64,000 bases of DNA from Tubulanus polymorphus (Eukaryota > Animalia > Nemertea), in NCBI RefSeq assembly GCF_964204645.1, contig NC_134025.1, forward strand, positions 21,179,101 to 21,243,100. The letters run 5' to 3'. Both the position numbers and the translations under genes were made by a program. A model generated the notes under the pieces. The model worked only from the letters and a program-made list of their open reading frames with translations, did not search any database and was not told the origin of the DNA. Numbering within the stretch: position 1 is the first letter of the stretch; every line of letters begins with the position of its first letter. This document shows positions 51,001 through 64,000 of this stretch, one piece after another.

Positions 51001-51913
51001 CTGCAACTGCGCGAATTCTGTTGTTCATGATGCAAAAATAACGTTACGCAATGAAAGCATGAAAATACGTCATTGAAATGGACAAAATGATCCTCAATCT
51101 TGTAATATAGCTATTTCCAAAATTTCAACAAATCAAACGAAATCTACCAATCAGATTAATAGCAGGGTCAATACCTATATTTTAAGATAAAAATGATAAA
51201 AAACGGAGGTTCTTTCAATTGTGATTCTATCGCAACATATATTAAACACGAGCTATTGAGTGAGGAGCTGTGTATTGAGAGAAAGGAATCAGCCCACGGT
51301 TGCGTCTCCGGCATATCGAATGAAGCTAGTTCTTTATGCTGTCTTTGTTTACGAAACTTTCGCGATATTTGCCAAAGTATATATCTTAATACGCCATATG
51401 CTTGTTTCACCATAAATGAAATACGAGATGTGCTCTCGCGATAAATCCGACTAAAATCGACACAATTCGATTCAATACCCGATGATCGATTTCATCTTCT
51501 GGGAATCGAAGACTGTGACTGATAATGGCAATCAGTATTTTACCATCATGAGCTGATCAAAGCCGCACTATTCGACGCCTTCGGTGACCGAATGAGTTTG
51601 TTGCGTTCCAAGAGAAATCTTAAAACACGTTTATGAAATTGGAGAGCCTCTAGTTCCAGTTGAAAGTTCGAATACTCGTTAAAAATCGACATGTGCTTCT
51701 TTTCGACGTGCTTGACAGGCTCGAACGATGGCGCGTTTACCAAATATGTTGTGGCACAAGTATCTGAATTCTCAAGACAAACATATCGTTTTTCTGTGCG
51801 AATTAACATTCATTCATTGCTGCGAAGGTTTCTTTTTTCCTGTTACGGAAACGTGATATTCTCGAGGAAACGTGACCCAAGGGTAACATGACGACGATGC
51901 TACTCGTATTTAA

Positions 51914-52237
51914 TTAGTTTTGCTAATCCGACTTCCCCATTATTGTACTTCTAAAACCAACATCGTAAACCACGATAGTCGTCCAAATACGTCATAGCAC
52001 ACAGGCGTGGGCATCATAAAATCTAATCGGTTTTAATGGATTATTTATACTCTCGTCGCGGCGGGTATGGGGATGTCCAAGGGGTCCAGACCCTCACCTA
52101 AAGTTTTCCAATTAGTTTTGTTAATCCGCCTTCCCTGGAATTGAACTTCTAAAACCAACAAACTACAGTCCAATACGTCATAAAGACAGGCGTAGGCATC
52201 ATAAAATCTAATCTGTTTTGATGGATCATAATACTCT
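51914..52237 (+). repeat. Diverged local direct duplication (~130-140-bp units, ~58-bp spacer)
   Basis: 51914-52053 and 52112-52237 share TTAGTTTTG.TAATCCG, ACTTCTAAAACCAACA, AATACGTCATA and ACAGGCGT.GGCATCATAAAATCTAATC. Confidence 0.85.
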
Positions 52238-53415
52238 AACTAGAAAGCTACCAAATTGCAATGTACCAATGTACTAGTTAATCCGTCGCTACTTCATATC
52301 ACAAATCGGATATTCAAATTAAATCATGTTTGATTTCGCGAATAACTCGCAAAAGAATCATGCACGTTATCATTCTTTTAGAACATCTATACGCGTGTTC
52401 CCCTAGATGTATGATTTACATTGGCTTCATTGTATGTCAACCATATACAATACATCGCGTTACCAAGTTGACACGGCCGAGACGTAAATTTGACAGTTCA
52501 TTTTGCCATGAAACTACTTCATCTGACATGCTCGGAATATGATGTCACTCACTCCTTTGCCTAGATTTGCGCGTCGATATCTGTAAGTCAGAAACATCTC
52601 TCGCTACCATCGGGAGATACATGTTCAGAACAAGAAGTAGAAGATTCTCTGGTCGGGCGAATTCATTAGTCTATTCAACTGATGCCAAGTTACCCGATAC
52701 GTGTGGTAAAACTAGGCAGGTGGTGATGGACTCTTTACCACCTCGCCGGGTAAAACACTGCAGCTAGAATGTGAATGGCGTGCTCAAAAGACTCTTCCTC
52801 ATTAGTAAAATCATTGGAATGGAATTTGTGTTCCACTTTTCTCATGATATGATTTCTAAGACGAGTGGTTGTCGCTTTATCGGTTCGTGGGCAATACGAT
52901 TCTGCTTAGCGTCATTGATAAAGCTGACTAATTATCCAATTAATGGTGTTTATCATAGTCAGTAGATCCATGTGAATCAATTACTTATTGACAAGCGGGG
53001 AGTAATGGAATATCCATGAAAACTAACGATTGCCGATCATTTGAATACCAGAGTTCTGTTCCTATAGCTAGCGGCTAGCATATCAATTTCGGAAAAGAAA
53101 ATCGTTGATTTATTAGCGTATCACATTCTGTATGATATGGGATCACTAGACTTAATCATATGATTTCCCATTGCAAGGCCCTTATTTGGATTGTTTGCGA
53201 TGGAGAAGAAATAGGAACGGAAAAACTACTAGTATTCAAATAGATTTTATTAGGGTGACGAAAAGGTGCTTGTTAATGCTGCAGATATGAAGTAACCCTG
53301 CGCATTAACCTGCGTATCCGGTCTTGTGGTAGGGTTTCGTCCCGGTTCTGAGTCTAGCGATGCCAACAGGTTGGAATCCCTGCCAGGGAGGATGTAGGAT
53401 GTACCTAACCTAACC

Positions 53416-53460
53416 CATGGGCGTATTGTAAACTAAAGTAGTCTAGTTTATACGTCCATG
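53416..53460. mobile_element. Ultra-short CATGG...CCATG palindromic insertion with 7-bp TSD
   Basis: CCTAACC [CATGGGCGTA..TAAACTA....TAGTTTATACGTCCATG] CCTAACC. Confidence 0.6.
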
Positions 53461-53518
53461 CCTAACCTGATCTAATTCTTCGAAACCGTTGACTGTAATC
53501 GCTTGGCCAAACGCTCAG

Positions 53519-53623
53519 GATCCAGTTCTACAGTCGTGAGAGCTAACTCTGAGTTGGAATCGGTTCATCTTCAATGAGTTAACTCTAAGTCAAATCCAAA
53601 CTGTGGAACTGTGGAAATGGGTT
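53519..53623. mobile_element. MITE, CAG TSD family
   Basis: GATCCAGTTCTACAG / CTGTGGAAATGGGTT; CAG flanks; homologous to 28315-28391. Confidence 0.7.
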
Positions 53624-54896
53624 CAGCTCATTTGTCTGCAAGCATCAGTTACTATTGACGTTATAACGAGCGGGGTGAATTGTAAGAGGTGTTAAATTGA
53701 TATTGTGAATATTTTTGACACGAGAGAAATGTGTTTTAAGACTATTCTACATATGATGCATTCACGCGCATTGCCGCAGCTGCTATATTGAGTGCATGTC
53801 TGTTAGGTGTGCTGAATGTGCGTACGAACTTCGAGTTCGCGATTTTCGCTCTTGCGCGGCGGACTTTAGTGACAGTTGACGTTGACGTTTGTGATCGTAA
53901 TCTTAGCTCAGGCAACCAGGTATTTTACGGGATTTTAGATGCAAAAGATTTGCCGAAAAGTCTTATGAAATCATCTTGAATTGAAATCAATTTTTCTTTT
54001 CAATTTTTATTTTGTATTTATCACTAAAGGAGTGTTTACTTCTTTCGACTAATTTCAATTTCTGTTTCTGTGTTTTTTTAATTTTGAGGACCAGGAAGGA
54101 CAAATACTAAATATCGTCTGACATAGTCGTCATATCAGCTCAGTCAACAAGTCTCTATTTCTAGCATCGATGTCGCCAGGCTCATTTCTTTCCACTGTAG
54201 AATTGATAAGAGCTCGCAGCAAAATGTCTAAACTTAAGACGCACTCAGCGACGAGAAACAGGGGAACTGCGATAGAGAGTTTAATACAGAAAAACCGAGC
54301 CATTAAGCGGTGAACGCTTTCCAATTAATTAGAACGGACTTGTCTACGCCACCCGACAAAATTCTGACCCCTGAATATCTCTTGAAATCTTAATTTAATT
54401 CTATCTTTCTTGGCGGTTCGGTAAGATTGACACCCGTAGATTTAATATCGACAGCACGTGACAGAATGTGAGCTCAGATACTAACTGCGCGGCTCGGTTA
54501 CTTTAATTATCTCTTAATTCGATGAAACGCTTCATAACGGCGCGCGCAGTCATCAGTGTCAATGTTGCCTTCCTCCGCGGACTCAATTTCTAATGGCCGT
54601 TAAAAGGGTTTTTGAAATATACCCTCTAACATCGATTAAAGCAGTCTCTTGCCGATTCAGGCTGATAGATTGTACCGAGATTTCCAATTATTTACTTCGA
54701 GTTAAACAAAAAATTCTATAAATTCGACCAGAAACGAAATCTACCAGTCAAATAAGATAACAGGATCAATACCTATTTTCAGCTAAGGAAAACAATCTGT
54801 TAAAAACCATATTTCACTAGTCCTCAAGTTCTTCCCGGTGGTAATTATACGTAAACGTGAATCGGTGACATTTTCATGGAAGAAAATCTAATTTTT

Positions 54897-55312
54897 TTAC
54901 GTCGTAAAAACCGTCACAGTAATGATGATATACATTGATACTGCGTTATGAAAGGGCTTCTGTGTGAGTCAATGTGCACTACGTCATCAATATTGGCGTT
55001 TCAAAATAACGATTACAATCGTGAATTTCGGCGTTTTTGTTGTAATTAGATAGGTTTCATAATCTTATTCTATTTTTGATCAATTTAGATAATCATGTTA
55101 AGTGGGAAGTGGAATACATCATCAATATATCGGGGCTAGACTGGTTGCCGGTAAATTCAATTCAATTATCGATATATTCAAATCCGAAATTTATTTTCCT
55201 TAATGTATTGATAAATAATTCAAATTACATCATTCATTGTCGACATTGTATTACGCGATCATGTTGGTTTTTTTCAAGGCGTCGATAAACATTCAAGTTA
55301 GTTTTCTTGTTT
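54897..55312 (+). repeat. Dispersed repeat family A, forward copy
   Basis: Same landmarks as 27395-27819. Confidence 0.9.
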
Positions 55313-56456
55313 GTGAATTCTCTCTGAAAGGTCAATCACCTAAATGATTTTTTGCACATGTAATGACTGTTCGGGAAGTCCGTCAGCAACAACAGCACAT
55401 CGAGTGTCATCGATCAGTGTAGTTGTCGATTTTTTTCCAAATCCTTGCTGGTACCAGGTTTTTTGGTACAAAACGTATTAAGTTTAGTTTTTACGTGACG
55501 TTAAGTCGGCGATCTCGAGCAAATTGTCTTTCAGTGTCGCTCTGAAAAGTTCCGTTGTGTTAAGTATTCGATGACTTCGGTCGTCAACTCGTGACTTGAC
55601 AGTTAAGCCGCTTTGGTCGGGGCTACAGGAAATTCAGCCCCGCTACGATGGGGATATTTCCTTTTCGTTTTGTTTCATGTCATTTTAGGCAACGCGTTGT
55701 CACGCGAGAAATGCCGCTTAAAGACGGGATTACTCTAAAGACGACAAGCATCCGGGAGGAATAGAAATCCATCTTTAGCACGACCGGAAAAACTATATAC
55801 GGTGTCGCGATTATCCTGCCAAACCGACAAAATGACCGACTTCGTTTCAGCACAGTAATTATCAGGGAGCCGTGTAAATCTTAGGAAAACTCTTTTTTGA
55901 TTCGATTATGCGTTAATCAGTCATTTATGTGGAAGAAACTGAATAAATAAACTGTCAAATCTATTATTAGTTTTGTGAGTTATCACTTTTGCGTTATACG
56001 AGACATAGTCATCCCGGTTTCGGCGTGTCGTTCAATGCTCGAATTAGACTCGATTAGGCAATCGTGTTTCATTCAGACAACCTTGCAGTCTCGCCCTGTA
56101 TTTTTCGCGTTAGACATTAGGAAATATCTTTCCGGAACCGGTTCAACGGTTGCTGGACGTAAAGATCAGACTCTGAGTTGAAAACCAGAAATGAACGTGG
56201 ACACTAACATTACCGTGAGAACAGATTATTAGATTGAATTGGCGAAGAAGCATAACAACCGAAATTCGATACTTCAACCACTGGAAATACTGTACTATTC
56301 GTATTGCACGTCATTGGAGAATTAGACATTATATCTTGAAAATTAGCAATCAAATTGATCGAAAGGGTAATTCAAGCTGCCACAGTAGGGGTTCCATTGA
56401 AAGTGTAATACAAGTACACATGTATCACATTATGTTTAAGCCTGTTGATCTTGAGG

Positions 56457-56604
<148 letters not shown>

Positions 56605-58491
56605 TATGCGACGTATTGTGGTCACTTGAAGTTTGACGATATTAATCCCATTAAAATATAAGTCGTCTCTGTACACATCACAAACAACGTTAAGAAAACA
56701 CGTAAATAAACCATTTGCAAGCGAAAACATAACGCATGAGAAAACTTCAAAATCCGCTATACAAAACAAAAATCATAGTTGATACCAAAATAATTCAAAA
56801 TGTATTCTATGTATTGTATACATTTGAAATATTTCTGCTGAGTAGTTTCAACGAGATAGGCTTTAAACGGTTATTGAAATTTCGAAACCCAATATTTTAC
56901 CTAAAGATTAACCAATTTTGACCATCAAAAATATCAAGGTTATATATAAGATTTATTCTAAATTTGATAACCCGTATTTCGACTCGGGTAAGAAATGGTT
57001 CGTGCATATGTTTTGAGAGATTTCACGTGAGATTTGTATATGCGTTTTAAACCAGAATGAGAAAGTAATTTCAGTAAACATCGATTGACAATCAATACAC
57101 CTGGGCTCAGTGTGTAGTGTAATCGAGTGTATTTTTGCATACTCACGTTCAGTTTGTACACGATACTTCCGCTGATGTAGAGTGACAGTTCAGTTTTTTC
57201 GACATGGCGTCATCTCGCTAATGGCCCAGGTATTTTTACGTCGTCTCCCCGATAATCCTTTGTAAAGAGACGGGATTTCTGTAAGACACGAAATATTCCG
57301 CAACGCGCTGTAGGCCACAGTCTCGCGCGCACCGTTATTTTCCTCGCGCTATTCGTTTTCCACCTGTTGTCGAAGACCACGAGTTTTAATATGTACGTAT
57401 ATGTATTTTCGCATTCGCAATTATGGAGATATTCATATATTTCGTTCAGCCTTCGACAGAAAAAAAAATTCGACCCTATAATCATAGGTTGGATTGTACA
57501 TAGAACGGTCGCTATTCAGTGCCGAAATAAATCAATGAATGTCTAGCGTTTACTTGCAGTTGACCGACAAGCTCACGGTTACAATATGGCGTGATTATCA
57601 AACCGACGTGAATTTGAAGATCAATGACTTTCTTTCGGCAGGCAATAAAGAACTCATAAGATAAATGCGACGCTCGAGGTTGAAAACACATCAAAACAAC
57701 GTGTGGCGAAGACAACTGTGGTAAAGTATCGTGAAGATATATACATAGAGCAAGGTGTTTCTGAAAATATGTCCCGCATTAATGTTTTTTTTCCTCGATG
57801 AAAAGGCAACGTTCGAAGAAAGTCAGAAACAGATTTTATGCAGATACCTACGTAAATAGGTTGATTCATGCATACGTGAAAATGTTACGGCAGAATACAT
57901 CCAAGATGAACTAAAAGTTGTAAATCGAAATTCAAAAGGTATATGTCTCATGAAGTTGGCATATTCAGACCATTCAGATAATAGCTTAATTCATGAGAGT
58001 TCAGCAAAAAACCAGATTGCGCAAGAAAAATAAAATGGTCGTGCAAGCCTGACTTCGTCCTGTCGTGAAAATGTCACCCTTGAGTAGTTGAATCGATTTA
58101 GGGTGGCTAACTTTATCAATTACGGAGACTGTGGGCTTTCGATATCAAGTTTGACCATCAGGCCATTGCTGTCCATCATTCCTACAAAAATATTGCCTTT
58201 TCCGAAACTGGCGCAACAACTTGACATATGCGGGTGAAGAAAACAACGTTTAAGACCTATCTTTTAATTATAGATATTCTTGCGTTTAGCAAATGAAAAA
58301 AAAACACGTTCAGAAACTATTGGCAAATCATAGGGGATTATCTTCAGACTTTCTTCGTCTCACTATCGAATTATAAGTAAATAATTAATCAACTTCTTTC
58401 AGTTGAATATTCGTGTTCACATCGAAATATCAGACATCATAATGATTGTTTCCAACATTGCAACTAAGTAACCGAATTTTCAACACGTAAA

Positions 58492-59160
58492 CCTGGGCGA
58501 ACTTCGGTTATCGGAGTCGAAGTCGACTATTTGCTAACTAAGTGAAACTGAATGTGAGTTAGTCCGAACTAGAGTCCAAACGATTTCAAATTAACGGAAC
58601 TGAGCACGATCGCTGCGGTTCGAACCTATAGTTTCAAGATGGCCGACACTGTAAAATGCGTAAGAGACGTACATTATATAGTTCGTTTGGTCATAAGCTA
58701 AAGATTGAATAAACCATTTTACAGTTGCTAGCCGCCATTTTCGCAAATTTAAAAAATGATTTTTACATAACTGAAAACTAGAGATTTATGCGGTTTGAAT
58801 GTTGCTGAAACTGTCAAAATCCATCCATGGACAGATGAAATATGATACAACACACATCACGGATAGTTTTTAAAAAAGAGAAAAAATGACCCAACAATAC
58901 GGGACAAAAGTACCCTAACAAAATGGCGGCTAGCAACTGTAAAATGGTTTATTGTCGGTCATCTAGAAACTAGGTCTGAACTTACAGCAACCATGCTCAA
59001 TCGCGTGGTTCGCTATTTTCGGACTATAGTTCGGACTAGCTTATACATTCTGTTTCACCATGGAGTAACCTTGGAGTTGTCATTTGTCAAATTATTACTC
59101 CAAGGTTTCACTTAGTTCGCAACTAGTCGACTAACTACGAAAAATGAAGTCCGGCCAAGG
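58492..59160. mobile_element. Large foldback-type MITE (diverged ~155-bp arms) with nested MITE
   Basis: AGTCGACTA.TTGC.AACTAAGTGAAAC / GTTTCACTTAGTTCGCAACTAGTCGACT; AGTCCGAACTA / TAGTTCGGACT; AGATGGCCGACA / TGTCGGTCATCT. Confidence 0.8.
58708..58953. mobile_element. Young MITE with perfect 34-bp TIR
   Basis: AATAAACCATTTTACAGTTGCTAGCCGCCATTTT (58708-58741) and its exact reverse complement (58920-58953). Confidence 0.9.
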
Positions 59161-60559
59161 CTCAACGAGCCGTTTAAGGACTCAGGTGTACATTGTGACA
59201 ACAATAGCGCACGCAGTTATTGGCTCTGACGTAACATAGCTTTTATTTCTTTTTTTACTTTTATTTTTGGAATTTGTGTAAACGATTGGGTCCTGGCGGC
59301 ACAACATCCGGGGAAACGCGCCTTCTTTTTTACATGCACCGAGAAACGTTGGCCCTTTTTGCGTTCGCTTTTTTCTCATAACGTGAGATTTAAACAACAC
59401 CGGTCGGTTTGTATGTTGTTGATTACCCTATTATCTCAGTTAATATCCGCCTATCCCAGCTTGATATGATACCACGACATCGCAGAATTATTGCGGCCTC
59501 ACTGATTTTCGCTCGGCTACGTCGAACCGACTGGCGGCTATTTTCCGACAACCTAAACGGAATATCAAGGATATTTCGGTTGTGTTGCTTCTATGATGAA
59601 TAAGTATTTACATGCATGTTTTCGCTTGGCATTTCTTTGATGCCTACATTAACCAAAGATTCATACTTCCTTATCATGTATACTTCACTTACAGAGTATG
59701 ATATCATATGATAATACTTGAACAAATTGCCATCTTGAGAGAATATACGGACACCGAGAAACTGCTGAACTGTCATCCAGCAGAAGAAACGCTGCGGTTT
59801 CTTAGTTTTTAGAATTCAGGTTGGGATTTTTGTGTCATTATTAGTCAGATTAGAGTGTCTATTCAATCTACTATTAATCCATACGACGACAGCCGCCAAA
59901 AAGAAACTTTTGCTTGCACCTGCGGCGGAAACTTTCAAAAATTCGATCATTGTTGCGTCGTTTGAAAATGCAGTGGTGTATGTACACCATTTGCAAGGTT
60001 CTTAGCTTCAAATGGTATATACATGTGTATATATACTGTGTATAGAACTGTAATTCGGAGATTGCTGTTGCGTGGTGAATATCTGAAGAACTATGTTGAT
60101 TGACATTCCATACACCTCAAAAATCTAAAAAAGAAATTCACTTCATTAACCCGGGCTATTTCGGGTCTTATATTCAAACGTCAACGCAGCTTGTCCAGAT
60201 TTTGCAGAGCCACGGAACGAAGCGAAGCGAACGGTTTCAATTTTCTGCTTAGTTTGTATAATCAATCAAGTAGCCATCTTATTATTCAGAGAATCTTCCT
60301 TATTTCGTTTACCCGAACGGTCTGACGCATCCATCCAACAAAACACGACGCGAGAATGTGACAGCGACCCGGTCACACCAAACGTTGCTGTCACACGTGT
60401 CATAATGCTCATACACGTGGAAATAAAGGCTTTCTCGACGTTGCAGATTGGATTGACACAAATTGTGACAGTTTTGCCTGTCGCCAGTACCATCTACGTC
60501 GTCTGCATTTTGAAATTCATTTGTAACTCGCTGGCTTATAAAGGAGAACCTATAACGAC

Positions 60560-60897
60560 CTCCTGTGGTAATCGAGGATTCCTCTTATGGCAGGCGAGGA
60601 TCCACCAGGTTCGCTAGTAGTTACTCGCTTTTCCCGCTTTTCATTTCAAGAAAACTGAACGAACTGTTTCTTACATAATCAATCAATTAAAACTCAACCT
60701 GAGATCTGAGTAGAAAAATAAATTAATTGTATATTTCGTAGGTCCTGTGACAATTTATGGATTCGGGGGTTCCAAAATCCAGTTCAAAGTTCATCGAAAA
60801 TTTTGGACTAATTTTGACATCGTAAGAATTACGAATAACGACCTAGCGTTCGTCGCGCCATCTGCTGAGATAGCTGTTGTTGCGGGTTCCCCATTGA
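60560..60897 (-). repeat. Dispersed repeat family B, copy 3 (reverse)
   Basis: CTGTGGTAATCGAGGA..TATGGCAGGCGAGGATCCACCAGGTTCGCT ... CGCCATCTG..CGGGTTCCCCATT is the reverse complement of 365-657. Confidence 0.85.
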
Positions 60898-63243
60898 GTA
60901 ATGTTTCCTTGAATCTTATGAATAGAAGAATATTATTATATAACTTCCTAATAACTGGTTGAAATGCTAGCCAGAATTCTTAGCGCAAGGAGTAATTAGC
61001 CAGATGAACTCATCGGGTGGTAATTGATATTTGTTTATTGCGTTAAGCTTTAAGCGGTACCAAAATCTTCATCTATTCTGGATTAGTGGCGTCTACGTTC
61101 GACGGATTGAATAACGCATCAGGCTCAACACTGTTGAATAAGTTTGCTGAAACTATTAAGCGAACTCGTATTTCCTGACCTTCTTGGAAATTTTCTAATT
61201 AGTTCGCGTTATTAGCCCTACGTCATTTCGATGTACGATTAAATTGAGAAAGTACACGCGAGAAATTGGTAAGCGCAATGTCAGTAGAACCAGTTTGAGG
61301 ATAGAACCAGTTTGAGGATCCAAGGTTAATTGTCTGTTAAAGCTAAAAAAAATTGATACCTTGTTTCTCATTTCTGTTGAGCTTAAAAGTCGACCGCCTA
61401 TCTACCCTATACATCACTTTCTTTTAGAAATTATGATCAAGCTAACAATTATAGACCCGGCAGCTGTACATACGAACTGACTACAAATTCTATTGCTACT
61501 TACAACATGACCCGGCCGATTAGGAGAAACAAGATGAGGTATCATTTTATTTCAGCCTCATTCATTGCTGCTTCGGGGATTAATTGCGCTGCACTTTTGT
61601 GAACGAAAAAAAAATTAACGAAGAAATGAAAAATGATAACACTCTAGATGATTTTAAACGAAATTCCCGGTTGGAGAAAAAGAATTCACTAAATGGCATC
61701 CCACTCGAGTTTATTCGCGCCATGTATTTTTCACTGGATGGCATCTGTTTACAGCGTTTCATAATCCCTCCGAGAAAGTAATTCTCTCGTTGTATTTTAA
61801 ATCTGCAGTATGTTTGATAAATGTCACCCTCCTATCCCTTTTTGACGTAGGCACCGTCCACGAACTCTTTGAATGAGATGGTTAAATAATCACCACAGCG
61901 ATGTCGTTTACTCTCCCCTCATAGATCTTCGCACATCCTCACAATTTACGACGGCCATGGAAGTGAGTGGTGGTACTTTTGACTATAGGTGCCTTTCATA
62001 TGACGCCATAGTTCCTTCGCCAATCAGTGATGGCGACTCTCCATACATTTAAGTGCCCTTTCTTCCAGAACATCCGCACTTAATTCTTAAAACCATTGTT
62101 CAGAACTAGGCCAAGTGTGCACAAATTTACTCAACTAATGAAAACTAAAGGGAACAACTGCTTCCAAAAACCTTTAAGCCATCTTCGTATATATCGTTTA
62201 AGCCATCTTTGTATATATCGGTTTATACGTGAACCGCATTATCTTTTGTATTTTCTATACTTTGATTTTGTTTTTGTGCTCTAAGCAATTGTATTTTTGT
62301 CGAGCAATAAAACATAAATTCTATTCTATTCTACAACCAACGAAAATCAAGGGATTTACAAACTTTGAGGGTCTGCATTGGACATCAGTTAGTTTGGTAA
62401 TATGAATAGTGTATATCCAACAGGCAATTTAAGATTCCGATCTTCACTCAATTCTCGGCAATCTATAGCAATATCCTGGCATTTTTACCTCTGGAGGTTT
62501 AAAATCGAAATAATGTTCAAATTATTCCTCTTGCTGCAAGGACACCACGCAACAAGGCGGCACGGTTAGCGGTAAAAATCCCCTCGGAAAAAATCCCCAA
62601 TTCTTCAAAGTAGGTAAAAATCCCACTCCTTCTGAACGTAGTGTAAGTAGATACAATCTTAAGGTCAAATAATTTATATTATTGATACATATATCCAATT
62701 TATTATTGTAGAACATCATAAGGATATCATGAGTAAACAAACTATAGTATCATACTATTTGAATTCAGATATAACCCAGTCCTCATTTCCCTTATATTGC
62801 ACAAACGGTAAACGGATTGAATCAATGATAGGTTTATCGATGCAATCTCTTTTAAGTGCGTGTATAACTAATTATTCATGAGATGCGTTCAGTTCAAATT
62901 TAGAACAATAAGATTATTTTAGACCACTAATTTATCTATCAACCACTTTAAAATCAAATCGTAATAATTCATTATGAGTGCAATCGATAGATTAAGATAA
63001 GTAATACTATGGTTTCAGTACCACTTTGGGTTAATCTTGGGTTGCTTTCGCGACATTTCCAAGGCGCTGGACCGTTGAAGTTGATACATGTAAATAATTG
63101 TAAACAAAACAATGTTTCCCTCCACGTACCATTGAAATGGAAGGAGAGTAATTGTTTATCTTATCTTATCTTTTCTTATGGAGAAGACTTCCTGATCTTG
63201 GCCAACAACGCCGTCTGGCAGGTGGTTGACTGACTGAAAAAGA

Positions 63244-64000
63244 GGTAGTCACTCATTTTCCCTCCGGTTATTTTCCCTCCAGTCAATTTCCCTCAGTCAT
63301 TATCCCTCTGATCGTTTTCCCTCCTAAAATGATCGTTTTCCCTCCAAGAATATAATGTTATAAAAAGAAGTGACTTTTATAGGGTTCACTTTTCTAAAAT
63401 TGACAGGGGAAGGAAGAATAGTTTACGATTAAGTTCACTTTTCTATCACTCATTGGTTATGTAATGCACCATATTAAGCATTTTTGGGTCTTCTTTTTAA
63501 TGGTACAATTACAGTTGATTGTCAGAGTGAATCCATTTTTAAGTTCAAAACTTTCTCAAAACAATGGAGTAAATTTAAAACAGTTATGGAATCCTGCATC
63601 AATATTGTTTTTATTAAACAACTCTCCTATTTCAGTATGTGTAAGTCACCTAATGGATTCCTATAGAAAGACATCATTTTAGTTTTAAAATGAATAACTG
63701 CGGTCAACAAAGCGTTAATATATTGAATAATTAAATCCTTTGATCTAAGAAACAATGGGGATGGATTTATTAGATTAAAGCTTCTATTAGATAAAGCTAA
63801 TTGCCTTGCTATTGTCAGATTGAGTCAGGTGGAATTTAGCTCACATGCTTAAGCAACATAATGTTATTCTAAAAATTTTGTTAATGTCTATCTATCAAAA
63901 ACGAATTTTCATAATCATAAAATCATTTATTTTTAATTTTTTTCTTTTAAATACATTAAATTGGACTTGGAGGGAAAATGTATGTTTTTGGAGGGAACGT
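63244..64000. mobile_element. Element with subterminal tandem TTTCCCTCC arrays in inverted orientation (runs off the window)
   Basis: Six TT(T/A)TCCCTC motifs at 63254-63347; inverted GGAGGGAA motifs at 63968-63997; AT-rich interior. Confidence 0.65.

Noticed and set aside
63254-63347. CRISPR-like spaced repeats
   Set aside because: Repeats and spacers are far too short, the context is eukaryotic and there are no cas genes.

Overview
AT-rich eukaryotic DNA, probably invertebrate (CpG is plentiful; the taxon is an inference). The window holds one supported protein-coding gene: a minus-strand class A neuropeptide GPCR of the neuromedin U / pyrokinin-CAPA (PRXamide) receptor group. Its four coding exons are 43147-42709, 17159-16611, 2592-2461 and 1741-1245, giving about 538 aa, with three phase-1 GT-AG introns of about 25.5 kb, 14.0 kb and 0.7 kb. 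The rest is intron or upstream DNA densely filled with short non-autonomous repeats: several MITE families (3-, 5- and 7-bp target-site duplications, some nested), a tRNA-derived SINE, two unclassified dispersed repeat families and microsatellites. The most notable non-coding signal is a set of minimal type-I hammerhead-ribozyme motifs, several inside palindromic Penelope-like remnants within the receptor introns. One motif has an intact core and lies on the pre-mRNA strand (31546-31586). The other ORFs in the track look spurious. All motifs, alignments and base-pairings were read by eye, and repeat boundaries are approximate.
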